A stretch of DNA of 64,000 bases from Podarcis tiliguerta (lineage: Eukaryota). Below the pieces are notes generated by a model. The model was not told the origin of the DNA. It worked only from the letters and a program-made list of their open reading frames with translations, and searched no databases. Positions 49,001-60,601 of this stretch are shown piece by piece (the first letter of the stretch is position 1; each line of letters starts with the position of its first letter). The stretch is taken from the NCBI GenBank assembly GCA_965153285.1, contig OZ229115.1; one strand, written 5' to 3'. The position numbers and the translations under genes are program-made.

Positions 49001-52000
49001 TCATCTTCAGCAGACTGCAAACTGTCCAGAATGCATCGTTTTAGATACGTCATTTGCTATAGCCTTGATCTAGCCAAAACAAGTTCTCATAAAAGCATGT
49101 TTCCATAATACATTAATCCAAGAGAGAAAGAATGATTAAAAATGAAATATGTAGCTGTCTTTTCTATACAAATGTCTAGTATCAGTGTTCTGCAATGTCA
49201 AGGTTCAGCTCAGTCTCTTAAAAAAGATTTGATTCTCAGTTTTCCTATACATGGTGGTCCTCAAGAAGCAACGTCAAAAAGCGAACTTTCTAGTATTCTC
49301 TATTCATATAACACAAAACAAAGTTCTACTTATCAATTCAGAACAATATAAATAATAAATTACTAATATTATTTGTTTTTGATGTGTGACATTTTAATGT
49401 ATTTTTAATTTTTGTTGGAAGCTGCCCAGAGTGGCTGGGGTACAAATAATAATTAATAATAATAATAATAATAATCATTATTATATCACATTCTACTTTC
49501 AAATTCCATAAAGTTAGAATGAAAAAGTAATCCACTAGTTTACCCCCTTTTAAAGCATTCCTCATTATCAAAGTTTTTATTTCAGCCACTTGACAGGTGT
49601 CCTTCATTTCAAGGTACAGGGTATTGAAGAGTACGGACACTATACCTCAGGGGAATGGGATATACCCTAACCATATTGTTCTTTTTTATAATTTATTGAT
49701 TAGAGTATGCTCCCTTCTATAGTAAATACACCGTTCATGGCTGTTTGCAACATATAAAACATAATGCTTCCATAAAAATAACGTAAAATAACAAAAAAAA
49801 TTCAAAATATATCCATATATGTGTCATAAAATAAAAGGTCACAATGAAATGGTCTTCAATAGCTTGCAAACAAAAAACAGCAAGGGAGAGAGCCAACCAC
49901 ATTTCAAAAGGCAAAGCATTCCATGATACCAGTTATCTTCTCTTGTCCCACTCAGTTGTGCTTCCACTCTACGAAAGACACAGAGAAGAACCATTCCTTC
50001 TGATCTTAGAGAGGGACTAGGATGACATGGGAGAAGGCAATCCCCAAATGATCGACTTGTTGACTCAAATGTCTTTTTCAGAGACTCTTCCTAGATCCCT
50101 TACACTTGGCACCTCAAAAACAATTAAACTTAAAAACAATTAAAATGGTGTAAAGGAGAAGGTCTCACTGTGGCTTAGGAAACAGCCTCATGCCAGATTG
50201 GACTATTTGTCCATGTAGTCTAGTACTGTCTACTCTAAACAGTCATGGAGATTCCAGATCCTGAATCAGGGATTATTTTTCAAGAAAGTGCAGATGGGTG
50301 TTGTTTGTGCAGGAAACTCAGGCTGAACCCTGTACCAACTTCACAACAGATTTAACACAAAGGCTGCAATCCTATACCCACTTACCTGGGAGTAAGCACC
50401 ATTAGGCTCAATGAGACTTACTTCTGAGTAGACATGTATAGGATTGCACTGTATTACAGATCAGCAGACATTAGGTGAGGGGAGCAAAATCAATAAACAC
50501 TATATGAACATTTGCAATCAGAACAAAGTTAATGTCAGGGAGTCAAACCGAACCCTTTTTTTAAAAAACTGAAAACCCAGCATAATCAGAACCTACATAA
50601 ATCATTGGTGATGTTAGCTGTCTGCAAACTTTTATTATGCCCAAATTCAACTGTGATCCACTTTATAATTTCTGCTGTCATTTTTATTTATTTATAATTT
50701 TGATTAAAGAATACCATACTAATGTTATGTGCTGTATAAATATCTCATTTCCTAAATAGCCAAACGTATCTGAACTGAAATGTTTGATGTTATATTCAAG
50801 TGAATGCAAAGCTGTACTATTTTTTTCATGAAATACTTATCAATATTCACATTACAATTTGGTAACATATGCTTCCTCAAATTTTAAGGTGGACAATGAA
50901 GGCACTGAAAATGGTTAACATGCTCAGTTTTAGCATACTCAGTGCTATATCTGCTAAGATGTATGCATGCACACTTTGAGGGGAACCATCCATTTTGACT
51001 AGTTATTTTTATCCAGTCATTATTTTTACAAATTAATTTTATGAAACAATGCAGTTTTAGAAATGGGTCTTTTTTAATGTGGAAAAACATAGCAATGGAA
51101 TTTTTTCCATTACCGAAAATATCCTGTCCCACATCACTGTTTGAAACAAGAATGAGAACACAATCAGAAAAAAAGGGCAGGTTATTAGTTTGGAATAAGG
51201 GTTTGACTAAAAACTGAAAAGATAGTGCTTACTGACTCCAAAAACAAAGAATTATAATAAACTACTAATGCATTCACAGAACTAATATTGAGAAGAATGC
51301 AATGCTAAAATCATGGTTTACTGCTATAAGAACAAGGTGTAAAAGTATTGAGGAAAGCCTTAGGCTTGAGTGCTTCCCCACAGTCAATGCAGTCAGGACT
51401 TTTGCCAGCATTTGTAATAAACCAGATTGTGGAAAGTAAATGTCCTTTTCCTGGTCAATGAAGAAGAAATGAAGGAAGTATGGGAGCACGAGCCTCTGCT
51501 CTGACTCACTCCAGCTAGTGCATATAGTACTGCTAAACAATAGTTTAGCACTGTGTACAAATGCAGCCAATATGGTTTGCAGGCAGAGATTAAACTATTT
51601 TTCTGGTTTAGATATCACAGAAACTGTGAATTAACCAGGCAGTTTCCCCCCAAGCTGAGTGTGCAAAGGGAAGATAGGAAAACCAAAGTTCAGTGCACAA
51701 TACCATTACACCCAAACTAGGCCTTTAAGTTTTTGAAACTTTCTATTTTTACAATGTGGCATAAAGATTGTCAGATAAATACCTGCATCTGTACAATATA
51801 TTTAAACATTTTGTATTACTGACATTAGGATAATTATCACATTGATAATAATCACCTTATCATATATGTGAACCACCATTTACGTTTTCTCACATAAAGT
51901 AGAACAAGACTAGGTGGTTTGGATACTCTGAACCAGTTACTGAAATGCTACTGGTTTGATTGCAGTTGAATCAGAACCAGACCTGAACAGGAACTTTTGT

Positions 52001-52162
52001 TGGTTTGACTCCCTGTTTGTAGCACAAGGTGACAGCATCACAAAAATGTATCCAAGCTTTATCATGAAATAAGAAATACCAGTTTTTTAATCTGTCTCGG
52101 GCTTCCAACTGGGCTCCCACTTCAAAGCTGATACCTCTTCTGTTTGGTGGATGTTTTCTCAT
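24138..52162 (-). CDS. PHF20: PHD finger protein 20 (NSL/MOF complex subunit), 998 aa: two Tudor domains, AT-hook, C2H2 zinc finger, Lys-rich NLS, PHD finger
   Basis: 17 coding exons with GT/AG boundaries and consistent phase sum to 2997 nt. Starts [34 protein letters not shown]; Tudor2 [15 protein letters not shown]; AT-hook RRRGRPP; C2H2 [26 protein letters not shown]; [33 protein letters not shown]; ends [11 protein letters not shown]. Confidence 0.97.
24525..25085 (+). mobile_element. Degraded CR1 RT fragment
   Basis: Remnants of [22 protein letters not shown] and KWQM.F RT motifs, interrupted by stops. Confidence 0.6.
25114..25246 (-). mobile_element. SINE with a tRNA-Lys(CTT)-derived head and CR1-derived tail
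   Basis: Minus strand ggtggagcatgagactCTTaatctcaaggtcatgggtttgagccccatgttgggc resembles tRNA-Lys, fused to a CR1 3' tail ending ttccaactctataattctatg. Confidence 0.75.
25306..25477 (-). CDS. PHF20: PHF20 penultimate coding exon ([29 protein letters not shown])
   Basis: gatag|GTAAGA ... GGATG|gtaatg; 172 nt. Confidence 0.92.
25619..25850. mobile_element. Tc1/mariner-type MITE
   Basis: TA-flanked TIRs CAGTGGAACCTTGGT...ACCAAGGTTCAATTG. Confidence 0.75.
26777..27176 (-). CDS. PHF20: PHF20 exon ([15 protein letters not shown]...[19 protein letters not shown]...)
   Basis: atcag|AAGCAA ... CTAAG|gtatgt; 400 nt. Confidence 0.94.
27691..27886 (-). CDS. PHF20: PHF20 exon ([13 protein letters not shown]...LKMSILQ)
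   Basis: ttcag|GTAAGA ... TTGCA|gtaagc; 196 nt. Confidence 0.94.
29685..29784 (-). CDS. PHF20: PHF20 exon, PHD finger core
   Basis: aacag|TGTGAA ... TCCAG|gtacaa; [33 protein letters not shown]. Confidence 0.96.
30991..31028. repeat. (CTAT)n microsatellite
   Basis: Read directly from sequence. Confidence 0.9.
31272..31447 (-). CDS. PHF20: PHF20 exon, acidic region and PHD start
   Basis: cacag|AGGATG ... TTCAG|gtacat; [20 protein letters not shown]. Confidence 0.95.
35066..35230 (-). CDS. PHF20: PHF20 exon ([16 protein letters not shown]...)
   Basis: tacag|AGCATT ... AAATG|gtgaga; 165 nt. Confidence 0.88.
35842..35940 (-). CDS. PHF20: PHF20 exon, poly-Lys NLS
   Basis: ttaag|CTAATA ... ATCAG|gtaata; [10 protein letters not shown]...[13 protein letters not shown]. 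Confidence 0.9.
36010..36154. mobile_element. hAT-type MITE
   Basis: TIRs CAGTGCTTTTTT...AAAAAAGTACTG; degenerate 8-bp TSD ggtatact/ggtgtatt. Confidence 0.65.
36490..36765 (-). CDS. PHF20: PHF20 exon, C2H2 zinc finger
   Basis: tacag|TAACCA ... CTTAT|gtgagt; 276 nt. Confidence 0.93.
36945..37127 (-). CDS. PHF20: PHF20 exon (PLEACVESD...PELQEIS)
   Basis: tttag|GTCCAT ... TACAG|gttaag; 183 nt, open and phase-compatible. Confidence 0.82.
37393..37566 (-). CDS. PHF20: PHF20 exon ([14 protein letters not shown]...)
   Basis: tttag|CTCAAG ... AGAAG|gtaaac; 174 nt. Confidence 0.88.
40525..40632 (-). CDS. PHF20: PHF20 exon ([20 protein letters not shown]...)
   Basis: tttag|AGCAAG ... CATGT|gtgagt; 108 nt. 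Confidence 0.9.
41216..41600 (-). CDS. PHF20: PHF20 exon, charged linker and AT-hook
   Basis: tttag|TCTATT ... TGCAG|gtcagt; 385 nt; KRRRGRPP. Confidence 0.93.
43079..43158 (-). CDS. PHF20: PHF20 exon, Tudor2 part 2
   Basis: ttcag|GTACTT ... ATCAG|gtatga; [26 protein letters not shown]. Confidence 0.95.
43974..44058 (-). CDS. PHF20: PHF20 exon, Tudor2 part 1
   Basis: tttag|GGATTT ... GGATG|gtaagg; [28 protein letters not shown]. Confidence 0.95.
45370..45541 (-). CDS. PHF20: PHF20 exon, Tudor1
   Basis: catag|GTATCC ... CTTCT|gtaagt; [39 protein letters not shown]. Confidence 0.95.
48350..48660 (+). mobile_element. L2 LINE 3' fragment
   Basis: Encodes LP...FK..VLTYKAL..GP..KD.L..YEP remnants. 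Confidence 0.55.
50365..50450. repeat. Short fold-back (hairpin) non-autonomous repeat; relatives near 16905, 40312 and 44360
   Basis: Arms tgcaatcctatac...gtataggattgca around ttacctgggagtaag...cttacttctgagta. Confidence 0.6.
52080..52162 (-). CDS. PHF20: PHF20 first coding exon (exon begins at 52190 with 28 nt of 5'UTR)
   Basis: ATG at 52162; donor AACTG|gtattt; acceptor ttcag| at 52191. Confidence 0.95.
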
Positions 52163-54427
52163 TTTGTTATAAGCCGCTGCTTTTATTCCCCTGAAAAATG
52201 CAATTAAATATCAAATCACCAGAACCTGTGTCAATTGCTAATCTGTCTAATCAGTTAAAATAATTCATATTCCAATGTTTCAATTATGTAAGTTTTCTTT
52301 GCATTATTTATACTGTATGTTGAAAAGAGTGCCCTTTAAATATATAGTCTCTTCATTACAAAGACTGGCTTTGTATACCCCAGATCTTACTAAAACTCAT
52401 CTCTGGATGTCAAAGTTGAGCACTTGGGTATACTGTGGAAACAGTATCATTGTTGAGGGGCTCTCTCCGGTGTTCAGGTACCAAAATATCTGTAATGCTT
52501 CTCAAATTAAATTCTTTGTGGTCAATATTTTATTGATAATTCAGCAGTTTTGTACATCACTGTTTGTTCTTTCCAGTGCTACCTGTCTACACTTTGCTCC
52601 ATGTGCGATGGTCGCCACCTTTAGAGTTTACTGTTTTGTTGCCACGTAACATGTTGTTGCATGTAACTGCTTACCACCTGGATTGTCATCTCTAAATGTT
52701 TCTCTAATAGTACGCTGTTGTTGTTTTTTAAAAAAAGCCAATCCTTGCCATATGGGCCAAGTATCATGCAGAACAAATTTTAGGTAACCACAAAACTGAT
52801 GCATTGCCTGAAGAGGTCCTTAATTTCAGTCCTGCAAGTTTACAGATATGATGCACTGAACAGTGCTAGCTTTTACACAGTACAGTACAGGAATATTAGA
52901 TCTAGTGTATGTAGTGTATTACAGAGAACTGAACAGACGTTAATGGATTATCTGATATATACTGCTAAATATATCATCTTTTCGGCAAATGCCTTTGTTC
53001 TTGCACTTTTTGCTTCCAGTTCATGCTAACAGCACTACAGGCTTTTACTGCTGCAATTTTGTTAAGGTTGTTTTGTGATTTATCAACTCCTTCATTAACA
53101 CCATAAGTCTCAAACTAATGAACAGTGGCATATAAAAACACTGTTCTGGAACAGTGATCTGAAACATGCACACCACTGATCTAGAACATGAAAATCATTT
53201 GCAAAATGAAACAGCCTCGACATGGTGGCTCTTTGTGACTTGTGTTTTAGACATTACAATAGAACTGCAACACCTTTTTCTAAAAGCTTTCATCCCCGCC
53301 CCCCCGGTAACTGGAACATTTGTTGACTCCTAGAGTTGTTTTTATTTTCAGTTCTAAGTTTGATGTACAGCTTAAAATCATACTTTTAAAATGCTATTGT
53401 AAGTAAGTAAACTACAATTTTCTGCTGAAATTTGAGGTGCTATAAATGTGAGCTACCAAGAAGCAGTGGGCATTAACAATGTTTCAAATATTAAAAATAT
53501 GTTTTGCTGGTTTACATGGCTCTGTCAACAACATAACAATTGGACTACAGTAACAAATCCTATACACACAGAGACAAGCCAAAATTTGATAGCCAAGCCA
53601 AAATTTGCAGTTGTCAGTAGCCTGCCAAACCCGCTGAATCCAATTAAGTCACTGTGTGGGTGGAAAGACTGCTCATGTAACAGATTTTCCCCTGTGCTCC
53701 CCATACTGCCCAAATCTGCTTCAGAAGGTTGGGGGTGCAGGAAGAAGATGATAGGGGACGTCCCATTGCACTAACAGAAGTCATTCTACTCATGCAGTGC
53801 TTTTGAAAGGCTTTAGAGGCACGCAGATCAGTAAGCCCAGCACAGGTGTAGGGAACATCGCCACCCATCAAGCTCTGAACTAAAGGTGGTAGGTTAGCCA
53901 GCGCTTGCTTTTCTGGACAGCCCAGCATCAAGAATAGCAGCCCTAGCCTTCTCCAACTGGGAGCTGGTGTGACAGGGATCTTCCCCATAGCTGGGCTGTG
54001 CTTCCAGTACAGTCCAACATCAGGGACAATCCCTACTCGCCATTCACGTCCAAGGCAGAGAGGAGGGCTGGGCTTTGTCTTGTCATGCATACCAGCGAGT
54101 GATGAGACACGCACTGAGTAGAGTGTCTTAATACACCTTAAATGCAATGCAAACATGATCCTGCTTAGCCTTCTCTGCACATCTAAAAAAAAAATTACTG
54201 AGACATAAGGAACCATGAGCTAAAATATAACTTGAAGACCTCTACTGAGCATGTGAAAAAGAATGACACCCTCTCCTCCTAAATAGCAGCACAACCGAAA
54301 AGAGAACTGAGGCTTCCATAAGCTTCTGAAACTGGACCCCTACCCAAGGCCTATATGGTGCAGTGATGCAACCGAATACATATTTATTGAATGTAATTTG
54401 TTCCCACTTTAGGCAGAAATAGAAGAC

Positions 54428-54429
<2 letters not shown>

Positions 54430-54458
<29 letters not shown>
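54430..54458. repeat. (AC)n microsatellite
   Basis: Read directly from sequence. Confidence 0.9.
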
Positions 54459-56900
54459 GCGCTAAGGTTTCTCCTTCTGTAACTTGTTGCTGGTGAAAAT
54501 CTGGTCTTGGTTAGCACAATTATTTGTGGTAACTGTATTTTGCCTGCCAGATCACCACTTTGATGAACACTATGTTTTATCAGACAAAAAGGTATGAAAG
54601 ATTCAAAACAAGATTCCATAATTTTACATGTCAGCTTATTTTATTGGTCTTGCAGTGCGCTCTCTCTCTCTCCCTCAAACACGCACAAACACACAAGCTG
54701 CAAACTATCAAAAGATTTATATGTGGATAGCCAATCCTGCTACTGTGGAACACACTAGAATGGGACATTCATAACCATGTGCCTCCCTTCTCTGACTTAA
54801 AAGGCCAGTATGTATAGCAAACCTTAAGCAAGATGCTGGCAACTAGCTCCAGACAACAGCTGCAGAGTGTCCTACTGTTTCTTACCCAGAAAACCAACCT
54901 ATTAGACACCTGTACAAGGTATAATTTCCCACACCTCTTTGTAAACCAGGCGGACAGGGTTTCTCCCTTAATACAATACTATGTATTCAATATACAACAC
55001 AAAAGAAAGGAAGTCTTGTCCATCCGTGTCACTGGATTCTGGGCCCAGAAGGCATAGACAGAGATATGTAGCAACTTAGCTCAGCTCTGCATATGGGAAA
55101 AATGAATGAAGGGACAGGAAAGCTTTGACAGAACCGGGCAAAGAGCAGATTTCATGTGAGAGAAAAAGGGGGTGACTGATATTTCTATCTATCCTGTTCT
55201 CTTTTTGGTTCAGGGTGGGTTACTAAAAATTTTGTCTTTAGGCCAAAGAAATAACTGCCTAAATTTCTAAGCCTACTGAGCACTATTAGAAAGAATTACT
55301 GTACGGAAACTGTCAAGCAGGCCTCCAGTAGCGGCTATCGGGTACATAAGCAGCAAGTATTTTTTTTAAAAGTAAGTTTTAAGGTCTCCTAAGTCCCCTT
55401 TGCATGTAATGCCTAGCCAGAGGCTGTAACCCAAAGCAGCTAATCCAATAGTCACCAAAGGGACCATGACACCTCACCAGTGGAATATAACTACGAGATA
55501 AATCAAAAGCCATCACGGGCTTTCCAACTGAATGGGTGAAGGAGCCTGAATACATTTTAAACCATCTGTGTGAACTGAGTGTGTGCTGAATCCTCATGCA
55601 CAGAGCATAATATGCTTAAAATGTGTGGTCTCCACTTCCTAGGTGGTTCTCCCTCAAACAGAAACTACTTTCCCCCCAAAAGCTTTAAGACATTTAATAT
55701 GTAGATGCAATTAAATGTATTACAGAATGCTGAGCTGCTCATATTAGTGACTTTCCCACCAGATAAGTGCTTTCCACCATCAACTTCTTAATAGCACTGA
55801 AAAGTAACCTAGTTTTCAAGAGCACTGCATTTTATTTATTCTGTCATGTTGAGCTTGAACATACCACAGCCAGGTGAGTTCAGGACATGCACCAAGGATA
55901 GCATTTGTCTATGGACAGCTATGCTTTATTACTGGAGTCCAAAGGCTATTTCCTCCCACAATGGAACTGACTAGATCCAACTGACTTTGGTCAAGTCAGT
56001 TTATTATTGGACTATTATCATCCTGCATTATTCATTTTATTTATTTCTCCTTGCACTTTGTTCCTGGTCTCACCAAAGGCCTGTCTCTAGATTCTAATTC
56101 TGTTCTTCAACACCCTAAACCGATTGTATGATAATAATCATGCTTCCATACAACTGCATATTCTATTTCCTTTGCTGTATCCAGCCTGGAAAAGATTCAG
56201 CACTCATAACCTTTACGTTCCATTTCCACAATGCATAGAATGTCTGTAATACTATGTCTCTGTCTGAAGACCAATCCAAGAGAGAGGGATAGTACCTGCA
56301 CATCAAGCTCTGTTCTTGACAAGCAGCCATGGACTCCAAGTGCCAGGTTAAAAAAGAATGGTTTTATACTGCAGTAATGATTTACAGATTTAAAGAAACC
56401 ACAGATGATCACACTATTTTTCATATTAACTGCTCCTGCTGGTTTACTCATGTTAATGTGTGGTAGACATTATGGGGCCCAGTACAGACATAATGCTAGC
56501 TCCCTAAACTGCAGGTGGAAGTGACCCATGCTTGGGAATATACAAACTGCCCTCTTTCTCCTCCACTTTTTGGCACAGGTTTTCCTATTTTTTCTCTTGT
56601 TCACTTAACTGTAGGTTATCATTGCATCTGTACTGCTATTTGCCATGATTAATGCTGACCAGGGTTTGGAAATACAGTCTTAAGTGCAGTTATGAAGGGA
56701 CCTTTTTATATGATTAGCATTAACTGTGCTTAGTACCACTGTATGAAACTGGGTATTTTCAAGTTTGGCTGTAAAATTTCATGGTGGTTTATGAATTGGA
56801 GCATATCAATGCCCTACAATGTTTCTGCATGCCTTCATTCCCACTCACTCCACCATTTTGTCACTGAAGTAATTACATAATGTGTTTTTACTATATACTA

Positions 56901-57135
56901 CAGTAGAACCTCGTGTTACGTACCATCCTCCTTGCGAACGTGTCAGGTAACGAGCTCTGCTAACCAGGAAGTAGTTGCTCCTGGTAGTGAACTTTGCCCT
57001 GGGATGTGAGCACATCCCAGTGGCATGCGTGCAGTGGGAGGCCCCATTAGCAAAAGCGCAGCTCAGGATAAGAATGGTTTCATGTTAAGAACGGACCTCT
57101 GAAAAGAATTAAGTTTGTAACTGGTGGTACCATTG
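56901..57135 (+). mobile_element. Older Tc1/mariner MITE related to the 3954 family
   Basis: TA-flanked CAGTAGAACC...GGTACCATTG; shared ggaggccccattagc and gttaagaacggacctc blocks. Confidence 0.75.
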
Positions 57136-58849
57136 TATACTATACTTTTTTCTGATGAATGTGCCTAGTGATATATTGCTCCATTTATATCAGTCATACA
57201 CCTTATGTGCAAATTGCCTGGAGACGGTGGTTAACCAATTAATAAATCAATGATAATACTTATTTCATGATGATTATGATTTCTGTTTTATTAGTATATC
57301 AGTGGCTCTCAAATTGGAGGCTGGAAGAGACAGAACACCTGAATGGGGTAAAACATTCAAAGGCAAGATAGTATCATTGAAGAGAAGGAATCTTTCTCCT
57401 TTCACTAGCCAAGGTTTGTGGGCTGAATGCCTTCTGGCAGACATCACTCACTGATGCACACTGAGTTTGCAAGAGTGACTGCAGCCCCACTATTTCATCA
57501 TACCACTCTCATCAGAGAAGAAGGTTGCTAAGATAGACAGGGTGCCTTACGTGTAACTTTAGAAAGCATATTCTTCTCTAATAGCAATATTTGATTGGTA
57601 GCAAACATATACTAATGAAGCAGCAGAATGAACACAACTGTGTACGAGATTCTCCACACAATCACTTGTAGCACACATTACTGGCGTTGGTTTACAGAGC
57701 TACATGGCACAATAAAATAAAGAAGTTTGAGATACACTGAGATAAGTAATATAATCATAAATACTCAGTGGCGACATGTGTTGTGCATCATACCATAAGT
57801 AATGGCAAGAACAAATAAAATCTCACCCAGTTCACCCCCCGCAATTTGCATGCCCTCATCAGAATTGGTCAGTCCAAAGTAGGAGTGGTGAATGTCCATG
57901 ATGCCTGACACAATTACGATCCCTTGCAAGTGGATGGCCACAGCCAGGCTGCGCTGAAAAACACACCTGCAGGTAAGAAAAGGCAATTGCTACATAAGGC
58001 TAAGACCAGCACTACTATGGTTTTAACATTCCTATAAAAATAGGCAGCATTCCTGGAGCAAAGATCTATAAAATATCTTCCTTGACCCACACCCTGTCCC
58101 AAATACAGAAATGTATTAACAATTCTAGGTACACACACTGATCTCGACCCCAAAATGGAATTTTGAAGGTAAATAAAAGGATTCCCCTTGAATTGAACTT
58201 CCTTATCTTTAAATAATGCTGTGTAATGTAATGTAAACCTATAAAAAGTATTAGGGATGAGAAAAGTATTCTTAACTACACAAAACATCAAAAACTAATG
58301 GGCTACATTCAAATGTTTATTTCTCCATTTAGCATGTAATTTAAGCACATATGATCCTTTAAGTCTTTACTGACACATTAATGTATTTTTTCAAAAAGTT
58401 GTTGCCTGGTATATAACCCAAAATACTTTAATTATTTTCTTGAAATTCAAAGCTCTAAAAATGTAGATTTGTATTGATTACATTTAAGAAACTGTTAACT
58501 ACTTGTATGAAGAGAGCTGAGGCAGTGGCAGATGAGACGATTACCTCATCCCCATTAGATAACTGGCACTAGCAGACATGGAGACAGATGGAGGTTCTGC
58601 AGGTGACACTGCACCTATGGGCAACAAATTAACAGGTGGTGATCCTATTCCCACTATGGCTGGCTGCTCTTTGTTCCTGTCCAGTTTCCCTATCTCTCCC
58701 CCCAGGATTCTGCTTCCACATTTCTTTTTATTATCTAGATCTGTTTATCCAGGACTGACTTCTTACTGAGGATTCATGCACACTTTTAACTGTGCAGGGC
58801 AGACCCTCAATTTAGTTACTGCCTCCAAGTATGGGAAGTATAATCGGGA

Positions 58850-58910
58850 AGGGCGGCGGGGGGGGGGGAGAGGGAGGGAGAGAGAGAGAGAGAGACGGAG
58901 AGAGAGAGAG
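58850..58910. repeat. Poly-G plus (GA)n purine tract
   Basis: Read directly from sequence. Confidence 0.85.
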
Positions 58911-59684
58911 ACTTGAAATAACTAATTGTTATGGTCCAACCATTTCGTGAGATTTGGTCTTACAGCAGCAGCTGGCAGTTCACCCCTGCAGAGGTAAGTA
59001 ACCCATTAAGAATGTCTGCCTCCAGAGATTTCAAGAATGAAGCAGGTCAGATGACAGCTAGAGCACATATGGTGCAAGACTTGCCACAAATGCAATTGAG
59101 CGCATGCTAAAGGGCATGACTGTGCCTACTGTGAGGTGATAACGGGTGGCGAAGAACGTATACTCTGTCACCTCCATCTCATCCTTAAGTAGCCATGGAA
59201 CAGAGGTTAACATCCATCCCAATAAACAGGAGCGTAGGAAGCCTGCTGTGGTAAGTTTGCAAGACACTTCAATGATGAAATTTACTGAATCCATGATGAT
59301 TTGGACAACACGGCTGTAAAAAGTCTAGATAAAGTGTAGTCTGGTTTTGTGAAAGCAGTTTTAGCTTTTGAGGTCTGAGGATGTGGAACAAGGTCCTTGT
59401 AGCTGTTTGACTGACCTGGCAACTTCTCAAACTTTTCTCATTGTGGCTGATCTGAACAAGCTTGTGATGGGTGTTGTGTTTTACTATGTAAGTCCAAGGC
59501 ATGGTAAGTGCATATTTGTGTGCAGAAGCAGCGCCTGCCATCCTTAAAGAAGCAGGAGTGCAGCCACTCTTGAAGAAGAAGAAAAACAATCACCTGGTCA
59601 CAGAGGCTTATGATAACTACTTTTTAGGGAAGATGCTTAAGAAGGGCGGTGGCAGCAGCAGTTTGGTTCCAGGTGCTCCAAGAG

Positions 59685-60031
59685 CAGGGTGGGCCAATAT
59701 TTTCATACCCAGTGGGCCACAAGAATACTTTGTTTGGGAACCCATGGGCCGCACACTGTCTTGTCATGCAGGGATGGGGAGGCCAAAATTTGATGCTGCT
59801 CCCCCCACCTCCCATGCTGCCTTCCAAAAGCCAGGTAAGTGAGGTGCTGGGCTTTGGGAAGGAGGTGTGAGGACTCTAGGACCCTATCAGAGCCCTCATA
59901 CATCCTTTCCAAAGTCCGGTGCCTCACTTACCCAGCTCTGAGAAGGCAGTGTGAGGGCTGGGAGGGGTCAAATGTTGCTGATGGCTGCCCAAAAAAGCCC
60001 TAGGCCTTGGGCCATGTGTTGCATCATCCTG
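59685..60031. mobile_element. hAT-type element inserted in the L2
   Basis: CAGG...CCTG ends; 8-bp TSD TCCAAGAG/TCCTAGAG. Confidence 0.65.
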
Positions 60032-60162
60032 TCCTAGAGGAAACTGATTATCTAGACTCATTCCAGTCTGGGTTCAGAACTGATTTGGCCTTGGTTGCCT
60101 AATCATTTACTTTCACAGAGAGATTCAGCGTTGGTCTGATGCAGTCTCTCTCCCTCTATATA

Positions 60163-60559
60163 AATGTCCAGTAGCACCTTAGAGACCAACTAATTTTGGT
60201 TTTGGTATAAGCTTTTGTGTGCATGCACACAATACACTAGTATCTGAAGAAGTGTGCATGCACACGAAAGCTTATACAGTCATACCTCGGGTCAAATGTG
60301 CTTCAGGTTGAGCGCTTTCGGGTTGCGCTCCGTGGCAACCCGGAAGTAATGGAGTGTGTTACTTCCGGGTTTCACCACTAGCGCAGACCATCAAAATGAC
60401 GTCACGCCATGCGCGGAAGCAGCAAAACGTGACCCGCGCCGTTGCGTCTTACGTTCCATTCAGGATGTGAACGGGGCTCCGGAACAGATCCCGTTCGTAT
60501 CCCGAGGTACCACTGTACCAAGAACAAACTTAGTTGCTCTCTAAGGTGCTACTGGACAT

Positions 60560-60560
<1 letters not shown>
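60163..60560. mobile_element. Penelope-like (Neptune-type) terminal-repeat fold-back carrying a minimal hammerhead motif
   Basis: Inverted arms aatgtccagtagcaccttagaga...tctctaaggtgctactggacatt; CTGAAGA-a-GTGTGCATGCACAC-GAAA-GCTT at 60244-60273. Confidence 0.7.
60277..60515. mobile_element. Tc1/mariner MITE nested inside the Penelope fold-back
   Basis: TA-flanked CAGTCATACCTCGGG...CCCGAGGTACCACTG. Confidence 0.8.

Positions 60561-60601
<41 letters not shown>
60560..60601. repeat. (TCTA)n microsatellite abutting the Penelope fold-back
   Basis: Read directly from sequence. Confidence 0.9.

Noticed and set aside
53644-54216. 190-aa ORF on - upstream of the first PHF20 coding exon
   Set aside because: No recognisable domain or splice support, and it overlaps degraded repeats.
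59270-59380. C/D-box snoRNA-like ATGATGA..CTGA..ATGATGA..CTGA
   Set aside because: It is antisense to the host gene and explained as L2 ORF2 coding remnant (FARHFNDEI..IHDDLD).
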